This document shows, piece after piece, positions 1 through 10,357 of a DNA stretch of 64,000 nucleotides. The translations under genes and the position numbers were made by a program. How positions within the stretch are numbered: position 1 is the first letter of the stretch; the number at the start of each line of letters is the position of its first letter. The stretch lies in contig JAEESL010000001.1 in the NCBI GenBank assembly GCA_016286345.1, positions 50,219 to 114,218 on the forward strand, read 5' to 3'. This DNA comes from Dehalococcoidales bacterium (GTDB lineage Bacteria; Chloroflexota; Dehalococcoidia; Dehalococcoidales; UBA1222). The notes beneath the pieces are model-generated. The model saw only the letters and a list, made by a program, of their open reading frames with translations. It did not search any database and was not told the origin of the DNA.

Positions 1-1
1 G

Positions 2-463
2 AAGAAACTCGCAAATATCGATACTGTCAAGGTAAAACATGACGAAATTAAGGCTGAGATGGAATTTGCTCTTGACCTTTACAATAAAACTTTTAAAGAT
101 TCAGAACTGTATATTGTTCATGGCGATCTTCATGCAAAAAATGTACTTGATGACGGCAAAACCATGTATGGAATCGATCCCAATGGTTTTATAGCTCCCA
201 TTGAGCTTGAATGTGTACGTTTTATCAGAAATGATGTCAGAGATCATGCGTCATTCGGATATAAAGCCAGATACGAACTGCTTCTTGATTACTTTGCTCG
301 TTTTGTCGATAAGAACAGACTCAACAAAATGTTCATAATTGACATGGCATTATGCACATTCAACAGCGTTTTTGAAAATGAGGATGATAAGGAAACCTGT
401 GTTGATCTTGAATTGATTCACATTGCCAAGGAGCATATGTTCTGTACAGAGGCAGTATGCTGA
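2..463 (+). CDS. Phosphotransferase-family kinase (APH/choline-kinase-like), C-terminal part; 5' end lies outside the window
   Basis: The frame stays open back to the window edge. Catalytic-loop-like HGDLHAKNVL followed by GIDPNG. Confidence 0.55.
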   Translation, partial: KKLANIDTVKVKHDEIKAEMEFALDLYNKTFKDSELYIVHGDLHAKNVLDDGKTMYGIDPNGFIAPIELECVRFIRNDVRDHASFGYKARYELLLDYFARFVDKNRLNKMFIIDMALCTFNSVFENEDDKETCVDLELIHIAKEHMFCTEAVC

Positions 464-1377
464 TTGATAGCCTTATTATCGGTCCGGTTTCACAGGACAT
501 CAACATTGATTGCCGCGATAACGAATATCGCGAGATTGGCGGTGCTGTTGTTGCTGCAGGCTATGCAGCTTCAGGATCAGGTTTTAAATCTGCTGTCCTT
601 ACCAAGTCTTCATTGCCGGATGACAGGGTGAAAAGAGTTTTCTCTGACTGCAATGTTGATCTTTATCATTTGAAATCTGAAACGACCTGTTCAATCGAAA
701 ATAAGTATTATGATGAAACCAAAGAGACACGCAGATGTACTTCATTGTCAGTCTGCGAGCCTTTTACTTTTGATGATATTGAAACCGTTCTCAGACAGGT
801 CACACCGAAAGTCCTGCATTTTGCCGGTCTTGTCTGGGGTGATTTTGATGAAAACCTGTTTGTGAAATGCAAGGATTACGGAAAGATTGCTGTTGATGTA
901 CAGTGTCTTCTCAGACACGTTGATGAAGACCGTTCCATGGATTTCCACGACTGGAAAAACAAAAAGGAATATCTGCCGTATATAGATTTCCTGAAAACCG
1001 ATGCAAAGGAAGCGGAAATACTTACCGGTACTTCAGACCGTTATGAGGCTGCCCGGATTCTTCATTCCTGGGGCTCACCTGAAATAATGATCACTCATAA
1101 CACTGAAGTAATCGTATATAATGGTGTGAAGTTCTATTCTTGTCCGATCAAAACACGCAGACTGGTCGGAAGGACCGGACGCGGTGACACCACATTCAGC
1201 GGATATATAAACAGCCGTTCATATTGCGGAACAGGTGAATCCCTGCTGTATGCGACTGCTCTTGTTTCATTGAAGATGGAAAAGGCTGGTCCTTTCAAGG
1301 GAACAAGAAAAGATGTACTGTCATACATTGATGAATTCTATTGCAAAGAAAAAAGTGAACTGATTGATAATGGCTAA
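457..1377 (+). CDS. PfkB/ribokinase-family carbohydrate kinase
   Basis: 306 aa. PfkB-type C-terminal signature GRTGRGDTTFSGY (compare DTxGAGD). Overlaps the upstream stop by 7 nt. Confidence 0.7.
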   Translation: MLIDSLIIGPVSQDINIDCRDNEYREIGGAVVAAGYAASGSGFKSAVLTKSSLPDDRVKRVFSDCNVDLYHLKSETTCSIENKYYDETKETRRCTSLSVCEPFTFDDIETVLRQVTPKVLHFAGLVWGDFDENLFVKCKDYGKIAVDVQCLLRHVDEDRSMDFHDWKNKKEYLPYIDFLKTDAKEAEILTGTSDRYEAARILHSWGSPEIMITHNTEVIVYNGVKFYSCPIKTRRLVGRTGRGDTTFSGYINSRSYCGTGESLLYATALVSLKMEKAGPFKGTRKDVLSYIDEFYCKEKSELIDNG

Positions 1378-2218
1378 GTATAAGATCAAAAGAATACTTA
1401 CAAGGATTTTCAAGCCTGTCTTCGGCGTGATCGTAGTACTTGTTACTGTTTTTCCGATCTACTGGCTTGTTGCCATGGCTATCAGACCCACTGATGAGAT
1501 GAAAGGTCATATCTCGCTGATTCCTCATACTCTGACACTGGAACATTTCATGCAGCTCTTCCAAGAAAAAGGATTCGGAACAGCTCTGGTCAACAGTCTT
1601 GAAGTCACACTGATCTCTCTGATTGTTTCTCTTGTTTTCGGATTATGTGCTGCTTATGTTCTTACAAGACAGAGATTTAAATTCGGATTGAAGAAACCTC
1701 TCAACACCTGGGTTCTTATTGTAAGAATCCTTCCTCCGATCGCTTTTACCATTCCTCTGTATACTATGTTTAACAGACTGGGGGTATTGAGTTCAAAGCT
1801 GCCTGTCATCATGGCATGTATCCTGATCAATATCCCGTTTATTATCTGGTTCATGGTCAGCTTCTTCCAGAACCTACCTGAAGATATGGAAAGAAGCGCA
1901 CGTGTTGACGGAGCCAACGAGTGGCAGCTGTTTACCAGGATCGTTTTGCCTTTGGTGCTTCCGGGTATAGCAGCTGTTGCAATGCTGAGCTTCATGTACG
2001 CCTGGAACGAATATACATACAGTATTATTTTCGTTCAGAGTCCTGCCAACTATACCATTCCGCTGAAACTGGCAACGCTCAATTCAGATGATGCGCTGAC
2101 TAATTTCGGTCTGGTTGCGGCCGGAGGCGTCGTGTCAGCCGTTCCAATACTTTTGTTTATTATTTTTGCACAAAACTATTTGATTGCAGGATTATCAAGT
2201 GGCGCTGTCAAAGAATAA
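1364..2218 (+). CDS. ABC transporter permease (MalG/UgpE-like)
   Basis: 284 aa with multiple hydrophobic segments. EAA-loop-like ERSARVDGANEWQLFTRIVLPLVLPG. Confidence 0.85.
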   Translation: MIMAKYKIKRILTRIFKPVFGVIVVLVTVFPIYWLVAMAIRPTDEMKGHISLIPHTLTLEHFMQLFQEKGFGTALVNSLEVTLISLIVSLVFGLCAAYVLTRQRFKFGLKKPLNTWVLIVRILPPIAFTIPLYTMFNRLGVLSSKLPVIMACILINIPFIIWFMVSFFQNLPEDMERSARVDGANEWQLFTRIVLPLVLPGIAAVAMLSFMYAWNEYTYSIIFVQSPANYTIPLKLATLNSDDALTNFGLVAAGGVVSAVPILLFIIFAQNYLIAGLSSGAVKE

Positions 2219-2246
2219 TAATTGAGAAATTAAAGAAGGAGATATT

Positions 2247-3476
2247 ATGAAGAAAAAATTATCACTGGTCTTATCCACTCTTTTGGCGTGTCTGATGATT
2301 TTTTCCGCTACAGCATGTGGCAAGAAAGAAGAATCAAACACACTCACTCTTGCATTACGCGCCGGTGCGTATGCAGATGCTATTAAAGCATGCCTGCCTA
2401 AATTCGAAGCAGATAATGGCATCAAATGCGAAGTACTCGAACTCAGCAATGATGATCTTCATCAGAAAGTTGCCCTTGATGCATCCAACAAAAAAGGTGC
2501 CTATGATCTTGTAATGGTTGATGCCTCATGGATGACTGAATACACTTCAAACGGTGTACTGGCCAACCTCAGTAAATTAGGTTATTCTTTCGACGATGAT
2601 ATTATTCCTGCAACCACCGCAATGAGTTACTATAAAGGCGATATTTATATTGCTCCTTATTACGGTAATGTTACCGTTCTTATGTACAACAAGGATATCG
2701 CTAAAGCAGCCGGCTACAACGGCGATGACATCGATTCAATTGATGATATGTACAAGATCTGCAAGGCAGCAAAAGAAGCAGGCAAGATCGGTTTCATCTA
2801 TCGTGGCGACAATGGTGACAACATCACTGTTGATTTCCTCTCAATCCTCCGTTCATATGGCGGCTGGGTCGTAGATGACGATTTCAATCCCACCATCGAT
2901 ACCCCGGAATTCAAAGCTGCATTATATGCATATCTCAAACTTATCGAAACTGGTTCTGCACAGGTCAAGAATGAACTTATTGCCTCAATCGGCGGTGAAG
3001 CAAACAATGGCGCAATGGCTATCGGATGGCCCGGATGGTATTCAAAGGACACCACCAATGCCGGACTGGCAGCAATTACCGGTAAAGCATCAGGTTCATC
3101 ACCTGCAAACAACGCCAATGTTTTCGGCGGATGGTGTCTTGGTATTGCAGCTAACTCACAAAACCAGAAAACTGCTGCAAAACTCCTCACTTACTTAATG
3201 GACAAAGACGTCCAGAAGTCCACCGTTCAGTATGGCGGTGTTCCTTGTCGATACTCATCACTCCGTGATGCTGAAGTACTGAAGACATATCCTCAGTATG
3301 AAGTTGTCTGCAAAGCTCTTGAAGGTTGTGTGTATCGACCCAGCATGGATAACTGGTTCGAATTCTCAACCACTCTCGGCAACAAACTCGGAGAAGTGAT
3401 CTCAGGTCAGAAAACTGTCGATCAGGGTATTACTGAAGCACAGGCTGAACTTGAAAAATTAATGAAGAACAACTAA
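2247..3476 (+). CDS. ABC transporter substrate-binding lipoprotein (carbohydrate-type family 1 SBP)
   Basis: 409 aa. Signal peptide with lipobox (MIFSATAC followed by GKK). Lies between the two permease genes. Confidence 0.8.
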   Translation: MKKKLSLVLSTLLACLMIFSATACGKKEESNTLTLALRAGAYADAIKACLPKFEADNGIKCEVLELSNDDLHQKVALDASNKKGAYDLVMVDASWMTEYTSNGVLANLSKLGYSFDDDIIPATTAMSYYKGDIYIAPYYGNVTVLMYNKDIAKAAGYNGDDIDSIDDMYKICKAAKEAGKIGFIYRGDNGDNITVDFLSILRSYGGWVVDDDFNPTIDTPEFKAALYAYLKLIETGSAQVKNELIASIGGEANNGAMAIGWPGWYSKDTTNAGLAAITGKASGSSPANNANVFGGWCLGIAANSQNQKTAAKLLTYLMDKDVQKSTVQYGGVPCRYSSLRDAEVLKTYPQYEVVCKALEGCVYRPSMDNWFEFSTTLGNKLGEVISGQKTVDQGITEAQAELEKLMKNN

Positions 3477-3483
3477 TCGGATC

Positions 3484-4437
3484 ATGGATAATAAAAGACC
3501 TGCTGTAACAACTGATAACTATCTGGAACAGTCCGGCTTTATGAAACTGCTGGGCAGGCTGGGTATGCGCAACAGCAGGTCTTTTGCCATAACCATGATG
3601 CTTCCGACACTTCTTTTCATGCTTTTTATGACAGTCTATCCTATGCTTTCGACTGTCTGGTATTCTCTGACTAATTTCCGTCTTCTCAAGGCAGAAACCG
3701 ATTTTATCGGTATCAACAATTTTATTCAGCTTTTCAGTAATGAGTATTTCAGAGACTCGATCTGGGTGACTGTCAAGTTCACATTGTTTTCTGTGTTTTT
3801 TGAAATGCTTCTGGGATTGCTGCTTGCATTGTATGTCAACAGCATCCAGCAGAAGATGATACAGAAAACGATGCGAATCACAATGCTCCTGCCGTATTTG
3901 TTTCCGACAGTTACCGTTTGTCTGAGCTGGACTATGATGCTGAGCGCCAACTATGGTGTGATCAATCAGTGGCTTAATGCTCTTTCTCTGCCTACGTATA
4001 ACTGGTTCGCTGATGTTCATACGGCATTTCCGATGCTGGTCATAATTGATGTGTGGCAGAATACTCCGTTTGTATTTCTTCTTATATATGCTGCTCTGCA
4101 GGCAATTCCCCAGGATCAGTACAAAGCAGCCAAGATAGACGGGGCAGGGGTCAGAAATACATTTTGGTATGTTACATTGCCTAATCTGAAAACCGCTCTC
4201 GCATTATGTGCAATGCTCAGAACAATAGATACTTTCCGTATTTTTGATAAGGTGAACCTTCTTACGGGCGGCGGTCCTTCAGGTGCTACTACAACGATTT
4301 CACAGTATATTTACAATTACGGTATTAAAACTCTTAAATTCGGACTTGGCAGTGCTGGTGCTCTTGTAATGACCATCATTGTCTTGATTCTTGCATCGAT
4401 TTATATTAAAAATGCATTGAGAAATAATAACGGGTAA
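3484..4437 (+). CDS. ABC transporter permease (MalF/UgpA-like)
   Basis: 317 aa, multi-TM. EAA loop YKAAKIDGAGVRNTFWYVTLPNL. Confidence 0.85.
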   Translation: MDNKRPAVTTDNYLEQSGFMKLLGRLGMRNSRSFAITMMLPTLLFMLFMTVYPMLSTVWYSLTNFRLLKAETDFIGINNFIQLFSNEYFRDSIWVTVKFTLFSVFFEMLLGLLLALYVNSIQQKMIQKTMRITMLLPYLFPTVTVCLSWTMMLSANYGVINQWLNALSLPTYNWFADVHTAFPMLVIIDVWQNTPFVFLLIYAALQAIPQDQYKAAKIDGAGVRNTFWYVTLPNLKTALALCAMLRTIDTFRIFDKVNLLTGGGPSGATTTISQYIYNYGIKTLKFGLGSAGALVMTIIVLILASIYIKNALRNNNG

Positions 4438-4442
4438 CTGAT

Positions 4443-5612
4443 ATGGCTGAAGTAATACTTAAACATGTTAAGAAGATATATCCGGTTGCTTCCAGGAAAG
4501 AGAGAGAATTCGAAGAGACCGAAAGCAACCTTCATGTAACAAATGAAGGTGTTGTTGCGGTTGAGGATTTCGATATGACGATTGCCGACAGGGAATTCAT
4601 TGTTCTAGTCGGACCTTCTGGATGCGGTAAATCAACTACTCTTAATATGATCGCCGGACTCGAGTCGATTACAAGCGGTGAACTGTATATTGACGGTGTC
4701 CTCATGAATAATGTCGAACCTCAGCACCGTGACATTGCCATGGTATTTCAGAGCTATGCTCTTTATCCTCATATGACTGTTTACGAAAACATGTCTTTCT
4801 CGTTGAAACTCAAAAAAGTTCCCAAGGATGAGATTGACAGACGGGTTAAAGAAGCAGCAGAAATACTTGATATCACTCAGTATCTGAACAGAAAGCCCAA
4901 GGATCTTTCCGGCGGACAGCGTCAGCGTGTTGCTATCGGACGTGCAATCGTACGACATCCCAAGGTATTCCTGATGGATGAACCCTTGTCAAACCTTGAT
5001 GCCAAACTTCGAAATCAGATGAGAGCTGAGATCATCAGCCTGAGACATAGGATCGATACGACTTTCGTTTATGTCACCCATGATCAGACCGAAGCCATGA
5101 CACTTGGTGACCGTATCGTTATCATGAAAGAAGGTGTGGTCCAGCAGATCGGTACCAGTCAGGAAGTCTTTGAAAAGCCTGTCAACACGTTTGTTGCCGG
5201 TTTTATCGGTACTCCCCAGATGAATTTCTTCAATGGAGAATTGAAGAGAGAAGGGGATTCCTATTCCATAAAGACCGAAGGTGTCGAGATAGCTCTCAGT
5301 TCTGATAAATGTGAAAGACTAATTAAGAATAATATAGGTTCACAGAAGATAACTATCGGTGTAAGACCCGAGCATATATCACTTTGCGATGAAGGAATTA
5401 ATTCAAAGGTAGAAGTTTCCGAAATGCTCGGAAGTACTATTCATGTTCATGTTTCCACAGATGGGAATGAGAAGGTCATACTTGTGATTCAGACAATGGA
5501 TCTCAATGAACCGACAAAGATGTTTGCATCCGGTAAACCTGTTACATTTACCTTCAATCCTAAACTGGTTCATCTGTTCGACAGTGAGACAGGACATAAC
5601 TTAGAGTACTGA
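4443..5612 (+). CDS. ABC transporter ATP-binding protein (MalK/UgpC/MsmX-like)
   Basis: Walker A GPSGCGKST, ABC signature LSGGQRQRV, Walker B VFLMDEPLS, plus a C-terminal regulatory-type domain. Confidence 0.9.
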   Translation: MAEVILKHVKKIYPVASRKEREFEETESNLHVTNEGVVAVEDFDMTIADREFIVLVGPSGCGKSTTLNMIAGLESITSGELYIDGVLMNNVEPQHRDIAMVFQSYALYPHMTVYENMSFSLKLKKVPKDEIDRRVKEAAEILDITQYLNRKPKDLSGGQRQRVAIGRAIVRHPKVFLMDEPLSNLDAKLRNQMRAEIISLRHRIDTTFVYVTHDQTEAMTLGDRIVIMKEGVVQQIGTSQEVFEKPVNTFVAGFIGTPQMNFFNGELKREGDSYSIKTEGVEIALSSDKCERLIKNNIGSQKITIGVRPEHISLCDEGINSKVEVSEMLGSTIHVHVSTDGNEKVILVIQTMDLNEPTKMFASGKPVTFTFNPKLVHLFDSETGHNLEY

Positions 5613-5613
5613 T

Positions 5614-6255
5614 ATGACTGTAATAACAGCACATTCTGGTTGTGACAAAACACCCGAAAACTCCCTCAGATACATCAGACATGCATTGAGTTGCCCCTTT
5701 GATGTCATTGAAATCGATATAAGACGCAGAAAAGACGGTGCTCTTGTTCTGTCACATAACGACGATAACCTTAATAAGAAAGTCCTCCTCGGTGATGCAT
5801 TCAAACGTATTTCAAAAAGTCCGATATATGTGAACTGCGATCTTAAAGAAAACGGTCTTGAAGATGATGTTATAAGAATCGCAAATGAAAATGAACTTGA
5901 GTTATACAGATTGATTTTTACGGGATCTGTGACTGAACCGGAAACTTTCATGAAGCGTTATAAGGATATTAAGGTCTTTATAAATCCGGAGGTTCTCATC
6001 GATGATTTTTACACAAGGGTCACCCGAAAAAAAGAAGATATTCTTGTGAATAAAGCACTTGAATACGGTTTCAAAGTTCTCAACGTGAATTACCGGATGT
6101 GCGATGAAAAGTTCTTTAAGATGTGCGACAAGGCCGGTATTCAGATATCAGCCTGGACAGTTGATGACAGGGATACATTTGACAGTCTTCGAAAACAGGG
6201 CATTCTGAATATCACAACAAATCATTCTGAATTCATCCTTCCCTTGATATACTGA
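5614..6255 (+). CDS. Glycerophosphodiester phosphodiesterase (GDPD) family protein
   Basis: 213 aa. N-terminal ITAHSG..ENSL and EIDIRRRKDG motifs. Starts 2 nt after the ATPase gene stop. Confidence 0.6.
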   Translation: MTVITAHSGCDKTPENSLRYIRHALSCPFDVIEIDIRRRKDGALVLSHNDDNLNKKVLLGDAFKRISKSPIYVNCDLKENGLEDDVIRIANENELELYRLIFTGSVTEPETFMKRYKDIKVFINPEVLIDDFYTRVTRKKEDILVNKALEYGFKVLNVNYRMCDEKFFKMCDKAGIQISAWTVDDRDTFDSLRKQGILNITTNHSEFILPLIY

Positions 6256-6335
6256 TTTCTTTCTGTAAAAAACACTTATATCTTTATGAACTTCCATACA
6301 TCGAAGTCATATCCTTCGTGTCCTTCCAAAAGAAT

Positions 6336-6734
6336 CTATTCGTCGTCATCATCGTCATCACCATCGTGATGATGATGACCGTACTCCGTATTATTCATTA
6401 TGCACTGGATCATTTGAAAGATGTGAGCCTGGTTCAGTTCCACGCCTTCGGTATTCATACTATGGAGTGCACTGATGATACTTGATATTGATTTTTCATT
6501 TTTTTCGTCAATATAGTACAGCGTAGTAGTATTCAGCACATCGACCCATGAAAGAAAATCATCTCTGGTGACTGTTCCGAATGAATATGCCATCAATGCA
6601 TCTGTAACATTCTTGGGTGTTATTTCAACACTTGCTCCGTCGCTGCCTGTCAGATCTTCTCCAAATGCTTCATCAAGTGCTTTGCGGCCAACTTTGAAAT
6701 TCAAAAAGTCATTTAACAGTTCGTTTTTATCCAT
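6336..6734 (-). CDS. Hypothetical protein with C-terminal His4/poly-Asp tail
   Basis: 132-aa ORF ending in GHHHHDGDDDDDDE. No family recognised. Confidence 0.5.
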   Translation of the reverse strand: MDKNELLNDFLNFKVGRKALDEAFGEDLTGSDGASVEITPKNVTDALMAYSFGTVTRDDFLSWVDVLNTTTLYYIDEKNEKSISSIISALHSMNTEGVELNQAHIFQMIQCIMNNTEYGHHHHDGDDDDDDE

Positions 6735-6835
6735 ATCGCGATCTCCATCTATTAAAAAGATATGAAATATTTGTTTTTATTTTCTCATAAATATAGCATG
6801 ACTGAATCAATCATATTCACAAATATTTTCTTCAG

Positions 6836-7987
6836 TTAACTATTCAAAAGTTTTTCTGCCTTGGCTGCTTCTTTCCTTTCTTTTCTTGATTCCAGCCAGG
6901 GGATGAAATTCTCTGTATACACAAAGCGTAAAACTACCATGGTCGGTATGGCGAGCAGGATTCCGATCATGCCGAAAAGTTTTCCTCCCAATATAAGGGC
7001 TATCATTGTCCAGACCGCAGGAAGTCCGAGCGAATTCTTGAAGATCCTTGGCTTGAGGACATTGGCATCCAGAAGCTGAGTTATGACTGTATAAATAATG
7101 AAAATCAATGCCTGGATAGGATTGACCAATAACAATATCACTCCTCCTATCACTCCGCCGATAAGCGGACCGAAGGAAGGAATCATATTGGTCAGCATCA
7201 TGACGACGGAAATCAATGGTATATAGGGCATTCTCATTATCAGCATGAATACGGCATTCGCAACACCGATGATAAAAGAATCTACAAGAGTGCAGATGAT
7301 GAACTGCTGAAAGACATCGTTGCATCTTACCAGGAAAACAGTATGACTTTCATAGTTTTTGTCTGAAATAATGGCCCTTCTGAGTTTTTTTATGCCATTG
7401 ATCATATTCTGTTTGTCCAACAGGAAGTAGATCGCCAGAATGATACCGATGACGATGTTTCCTATAGTGGAGCCGAAACCACTGATCCTGGAGATCACTG
7501 TACCGAGATTCTCTTTCAGGAAAGTCGTTGCCTGAGTGATCATGTCATTGATATAGTTGGTTATCCCATCGGACCCGATCTCTATACCGAAACGGCTGAG
7601 GAATTCCTTTACACTTGCGAAATAATTATCAGCGTTGTCAATAAGGGTTTTTGCACTGTCTCCTATTGCCGGGATGATCATTATGATGATCAGGGTAATG
7701 ATCAGGATTGCACAAACCATGGCCACCACAACAGATAAAGCCCTGCTTAAACTTTCACTTTTGATTTTTCTGAATAAAGTGCTTTCCAGTTTTTTGACAA
7801 AAGGATCGATAATATAGGCAATAACTATGCCTATTATGATAGGGCTCAGAATCCTGAACAGTGTTCTGAACCATTGAGCGATCGGTCCGGAAAGATGAGT
7901 CAGAAACAAGTACAGCAAGACGGCACTGCAGCAGCCGGCTATATTGGCAGCCCATCTGTTCCGTAAGAGTTTTTTCAACTTTTCCAT
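6836..7987 (-). CDS. AI-2E family transporter (PerM/YtvI-like, UPF0118)
   Basis: 383 aa with about 8 hydrophobic segments. C-terminal IPSFGPLIGGVIG and LLAIP regions are typical of the family. Confidence 0.7.
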   Translation of the reverse strand: MEKLKKLLRNRWAANIAGCCSAVLLYLFLTHLSGPIAQWFRTLFRILSPIIIGIVIAYIIDPFVKKLESTLFRKIKSESLSRALSVVVAMVCAILIITLIIIMIIPAIGDSAKTLIDNADNYFASVKEFLSRFGIEIGSDGITNYINDMITQATTFLKENLGTVISRISGFGSTIGNIVIGIILAIYFLLDKQNMINGIKKLRRAIISDKNYESHTVFLVRCNDVFQQFIICTLVDSFIIGVANAVFMLIMRMPYIPLISVVMMLTNMIPSFGPLIGGVIGGVILLLVNPIQALIFIIYTVITQLLDANVLKPRIFKNSLGLPAVWTMIALILGGKLFGMIGILLAIPTMVVLRFVYTENFIPWLESRKERKEAAKAEKLLNS

Positions 7988-8173
7988 AGTGATACTCCTG
8001 ACAGCTTATGCAGTGATGATTATAGATTATTCCTGAACTGCTTCCATATTCAAGGACGGAAGTATCGGACTGTTTCAGCTTTGTTTTACTTGACAGCAAA
8101 TCTGGTGGGTAATACACTAGCCATATCTGTACTTCTACAAGACAATGCATATTATTCGGAAGGAGACCGATAA

Positions 8174-8809
8174 ATGAAGAAATTCCTGTTTGTTGCCATT
8201 TCAGTTTTAATGATTGGCACCCTGACTTTATGCTCATGTGGTGGAAAGAGCAATCCGACTTCATCAACAAATACTCAGACTAGTACAAAAACAAGCACAA
8301 CGACTAGTCAGACCAGCACTACCAAACCTGAGATTAAAATTATTACAGACGGTTCCAAGCTTGGTTCATTACAGCTGCTGGATGAAAAAAATCAAACTAT
8401 TAGAGGTATCATCATCACAACCGGAAGCGCTCATCATGAATACAAGGACTATAGAAACATGACGAAAGATGATTTCGCTATGGGGACTGCCTACACTGAA
8501 TACGAAATGTACGAGTGGATCGACATCTGCATCGACTCAGGCGCTACCATTGAGACCGCCATCGTGAAAAACGACGAGAAAAAGGATTATTCAAAGATTT
8601 CCTATATCGAGTTTGCAGCGATGCGTGAAGCCATTCCAAACGGTGCACTCAGCGCAAAACCGGATTCTGATGATATGTATTATTACGGGTCATTTTATCT
8701 AGATCCCTATGAGTGTGATCCTGGTCTGTACAATCTCTTTTTTGCAAGTAATGGAAAAGTTATCGGTATGGTGCAGCTCTCATTTATTCCTGAACAAGGT
8801 AAGGAGTAG
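8174..8809 (+). CDS. Lipoprotein, function unknown
   Basis: Signal peptide with lipobox (LTLCSCGG), then a Ser/Thr-rich linker (TSSTNTQTSTKTSTTTSQTSTT). Confidence 0.6.
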   Translation: MKKFLFVAISVLMIGTLTLCSCGGKSNPTSSTNTQTSTKTSTTTSQTSTTKPEIKIITDGSKLGSLQLLDEKNQTIRGIIITTGSAHHEYKDYRNMTKDDFAMGTAYTEYEMYEWIDICIDSGATIETAIVKNDEKKDYSKISYIEFAAMREAIPNGALSAKPDSDDMYYYGSFYLDPYECDPGLYNLFFASNGKVIGMVQLSFIPEQGKE

Positions 8810-8868
8810 CTTTCATTAATTCCTGAACTTTAGGATTAATAGTAGGCATCTATTCTGAAACCAGAGAT

Positions 8869-8904
8869 AAAGACAGCCCCTTTCGAGAGAAAGGGGCTGT
8901 CTTT
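8869..8904. terminator. Bidirectional rho-independent terminator between convergent genes
   Basis: Perfect 16-bp stem aaagacagcccctttc / gaaaggggctgtcttt with loop gaga. The A/T runs form part of the stem ends. Confidence 0.75.
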
Positions 8905-8926
8905 ATTATGATAATAAATGAAAAAA

Positions 8927-9610
8927 TTAATTGGACGAGGTCGGGAGCATAGGTGAAATTCGGCTCACGAAGTCATTCATGGGCATGGTCTGCAGTGTGA
9001 TCCTGCCAGGACCGGTGAGAACCGTCAGGAATAATCCTTCTCCTCCGAAGAGTATGTTCTTAATACCTTTTACTGCTTTGACATCAATACTGCAGGTCTT
9101 GTCCATCATTGCAAGTGAACCTGTATCAACAAGCATCTGTTCACCTTCAGCAAGCTCATAACTGATTGCAGATCCGTCGATTTCCAGGAAAACGATTCCG
9201 TTTCCATAGACCTTCTGCATGATGAAACCTTCTCCGCCGAACAGACCTGCAGCAAATTTCTTGTTAAAGAAAACTTCAGTCTGAAGTCCCATTGTTGAAG
9301 CAAGGAAGGCTGTTTTCTGAATGATGATCGGATTGTCCTCGGTGACTTCGATGGCAATGATGTTGCCGGGGAATGAGGAAGAGAATGCAACCATTCCTGG
9401 ACCGTCCTGTGCCGTGTAGACATTACGGAATATTTTTTCTCCTGAGAAAGCTCGTCCGAGAGCCTTTCCGATTCCGCCGCCGCCTTCAGTCGTCATTTCC
9501 ATGTTGGGGCTCATCCATGCCATTGAACCGCCCTGGTTTGTCATGGATTCTCCGGCCTCAAGATGACAGATCACAACAGGAAGATTGTCGCCTTTGATTT
9601 CGTACTGCAT
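8927..9610 (-). CDS. AIM24/TIGR00266 (DUF124) family protein
   Basis: 227 aa. MQYEIKG..LPVV.C.L..GE....GGSMAWM pattern and Gly-rich beta-rich sequence, as I recall for this family. Confidence 0.6.
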   Translation of the reverse strand: MQYEIKGDNLPVVICHLEAGESMTNQGGSMAWMSPNMEMTTEGGGGIGKALGRAFSGEKIFRNVYTAQDGPGMVAFSSSFPGNIIAIEVTEDNPIIIQKTAFLASTMGLQTEVFFNKKFAAGLFGGEGFIMQKVYGNGIVFLEIDGSAISYELAEGEQMLVDTGSLAMMDKTCSIDVKAVKGIKNILFGGEGLFLTVLTGPGRITLQTMPMNDFVSRISPMLPTSSN

Positions 9611-9639
9611 AAAACCTCCAATATTTTTATTTTTTTTTG

Positions 9640-10041
9640 CTAATTGATTTTGAAACCGGTTGTTACCAGCTGTGCTATATCTTTTCCAAGATCATCAGTT
9701 ATATCGATGTTGAATATGGATAAAGATCTTCCGTTCTTTTTGCATACGGCTTTTGCGAACAGCTTATTTCCTTTCGTGCCGTTCAGGAAATTGATGCTCA
9801 TCTGCTGCCCGACCGTTACTCTGTGTATCTGGTTGGATGCTACGGCGAATGCAAAATCACCCAGGGTGAAAATGACTCCTCCCATGATCCCGCCGGTTGC
9901 GTTCCTGTGGTCGGGTCGGATATCCATACTGCAGATGCACCAGTCTTCGCCAAGTTCATCAATGACCATTCCGTTGCCGGTTGCGAATAAATCACCTTTG
10001 AAGAATGCTCTCGCTTCTTCGATGTCTTTGAATGTAGCCAT
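9640..10041 (-). CDS. PaaI-family (hotdog fold) thioesterase
   Basis: 133 aa. HRNATGGIMGGVIFTLGDFAFAVAS matches the hotdog thioesterase core. Confidence 0.65.
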   Translation of the reverse strand: MATFKDIEEARAFFKGDLFATGNGMVIDELGEDWCICSMDIRPDHRNATGGIMGGVIFTLGDFAFAVASNQIHRVTVGQQMSINFLNGTKGNKLFAKAVCKKNGRSLSIFNIDITDDLGKDIAQLVTTGFKIN

Positions 10042-10099
10042 CTGATTTATACCTTCTGGGAATAAATTCTACACAATTGTCTTTTTTGCTTTCAATATC

Positions 10100-10128
10100 T
10101 TGACAAACCCTGCCTGTAAACTGATAAT
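10100..10128 (+). promoter_or_regulatory. Sigma-70-type promoter of the riboflavin operon
   Basis: TTGACA (10100-10105), a 17-nt spacer, then GATAAT (10123-10128), directly upstream of the riboswitch. Confidence 0.6.
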
Positions 10129-10145
10129 CATAGTAATTGAATAAA

Positions 10146-10302
10146 GTCTTTAGGGCAGGGTGTAATTCCCGATCGGCGGTAGAGTCCGCGAGCATGAAAA
10201 TGCAAGATTTGGTGTGAGTCCAAAACCGACAGTATAGTCTGGATGGAAGAAGATTTTCTCCGTAACAACATATGCTCTGGGATATTATTCCGGAGCTTTT
10301 TT
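10146..10302 (+). promoter_or_regulatory. FMN riboswitch (RFN element) with intrinsic terminator expression platform
   Basis: Conserved RFN blocks: agggcagggtgtaattcccgatcggcggtagagtccgcgagc and gatttggtgtgagtccaaaaccgacagtatagtctggatggaagaag. Followed by the hairpin gctctgg/ccggagc (10274-10296) and a T6 run. Lies upstream of ribD. Confidence 0.88.
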
Positions 10303-10357
10303 CATCCTTCCTCTGCTTTGATGACATTTATTCCGGTCTGTTTTATGGGTTATCAGT

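Noticed and set aside
3430-4020. 196-aa minus-strand ORF opposite the MalF-like permease gene.
   Set aside because: It is antisense to a permease CDS that has an EAA loop and operon context. The product is basic low-complexity sequence with no motifs.
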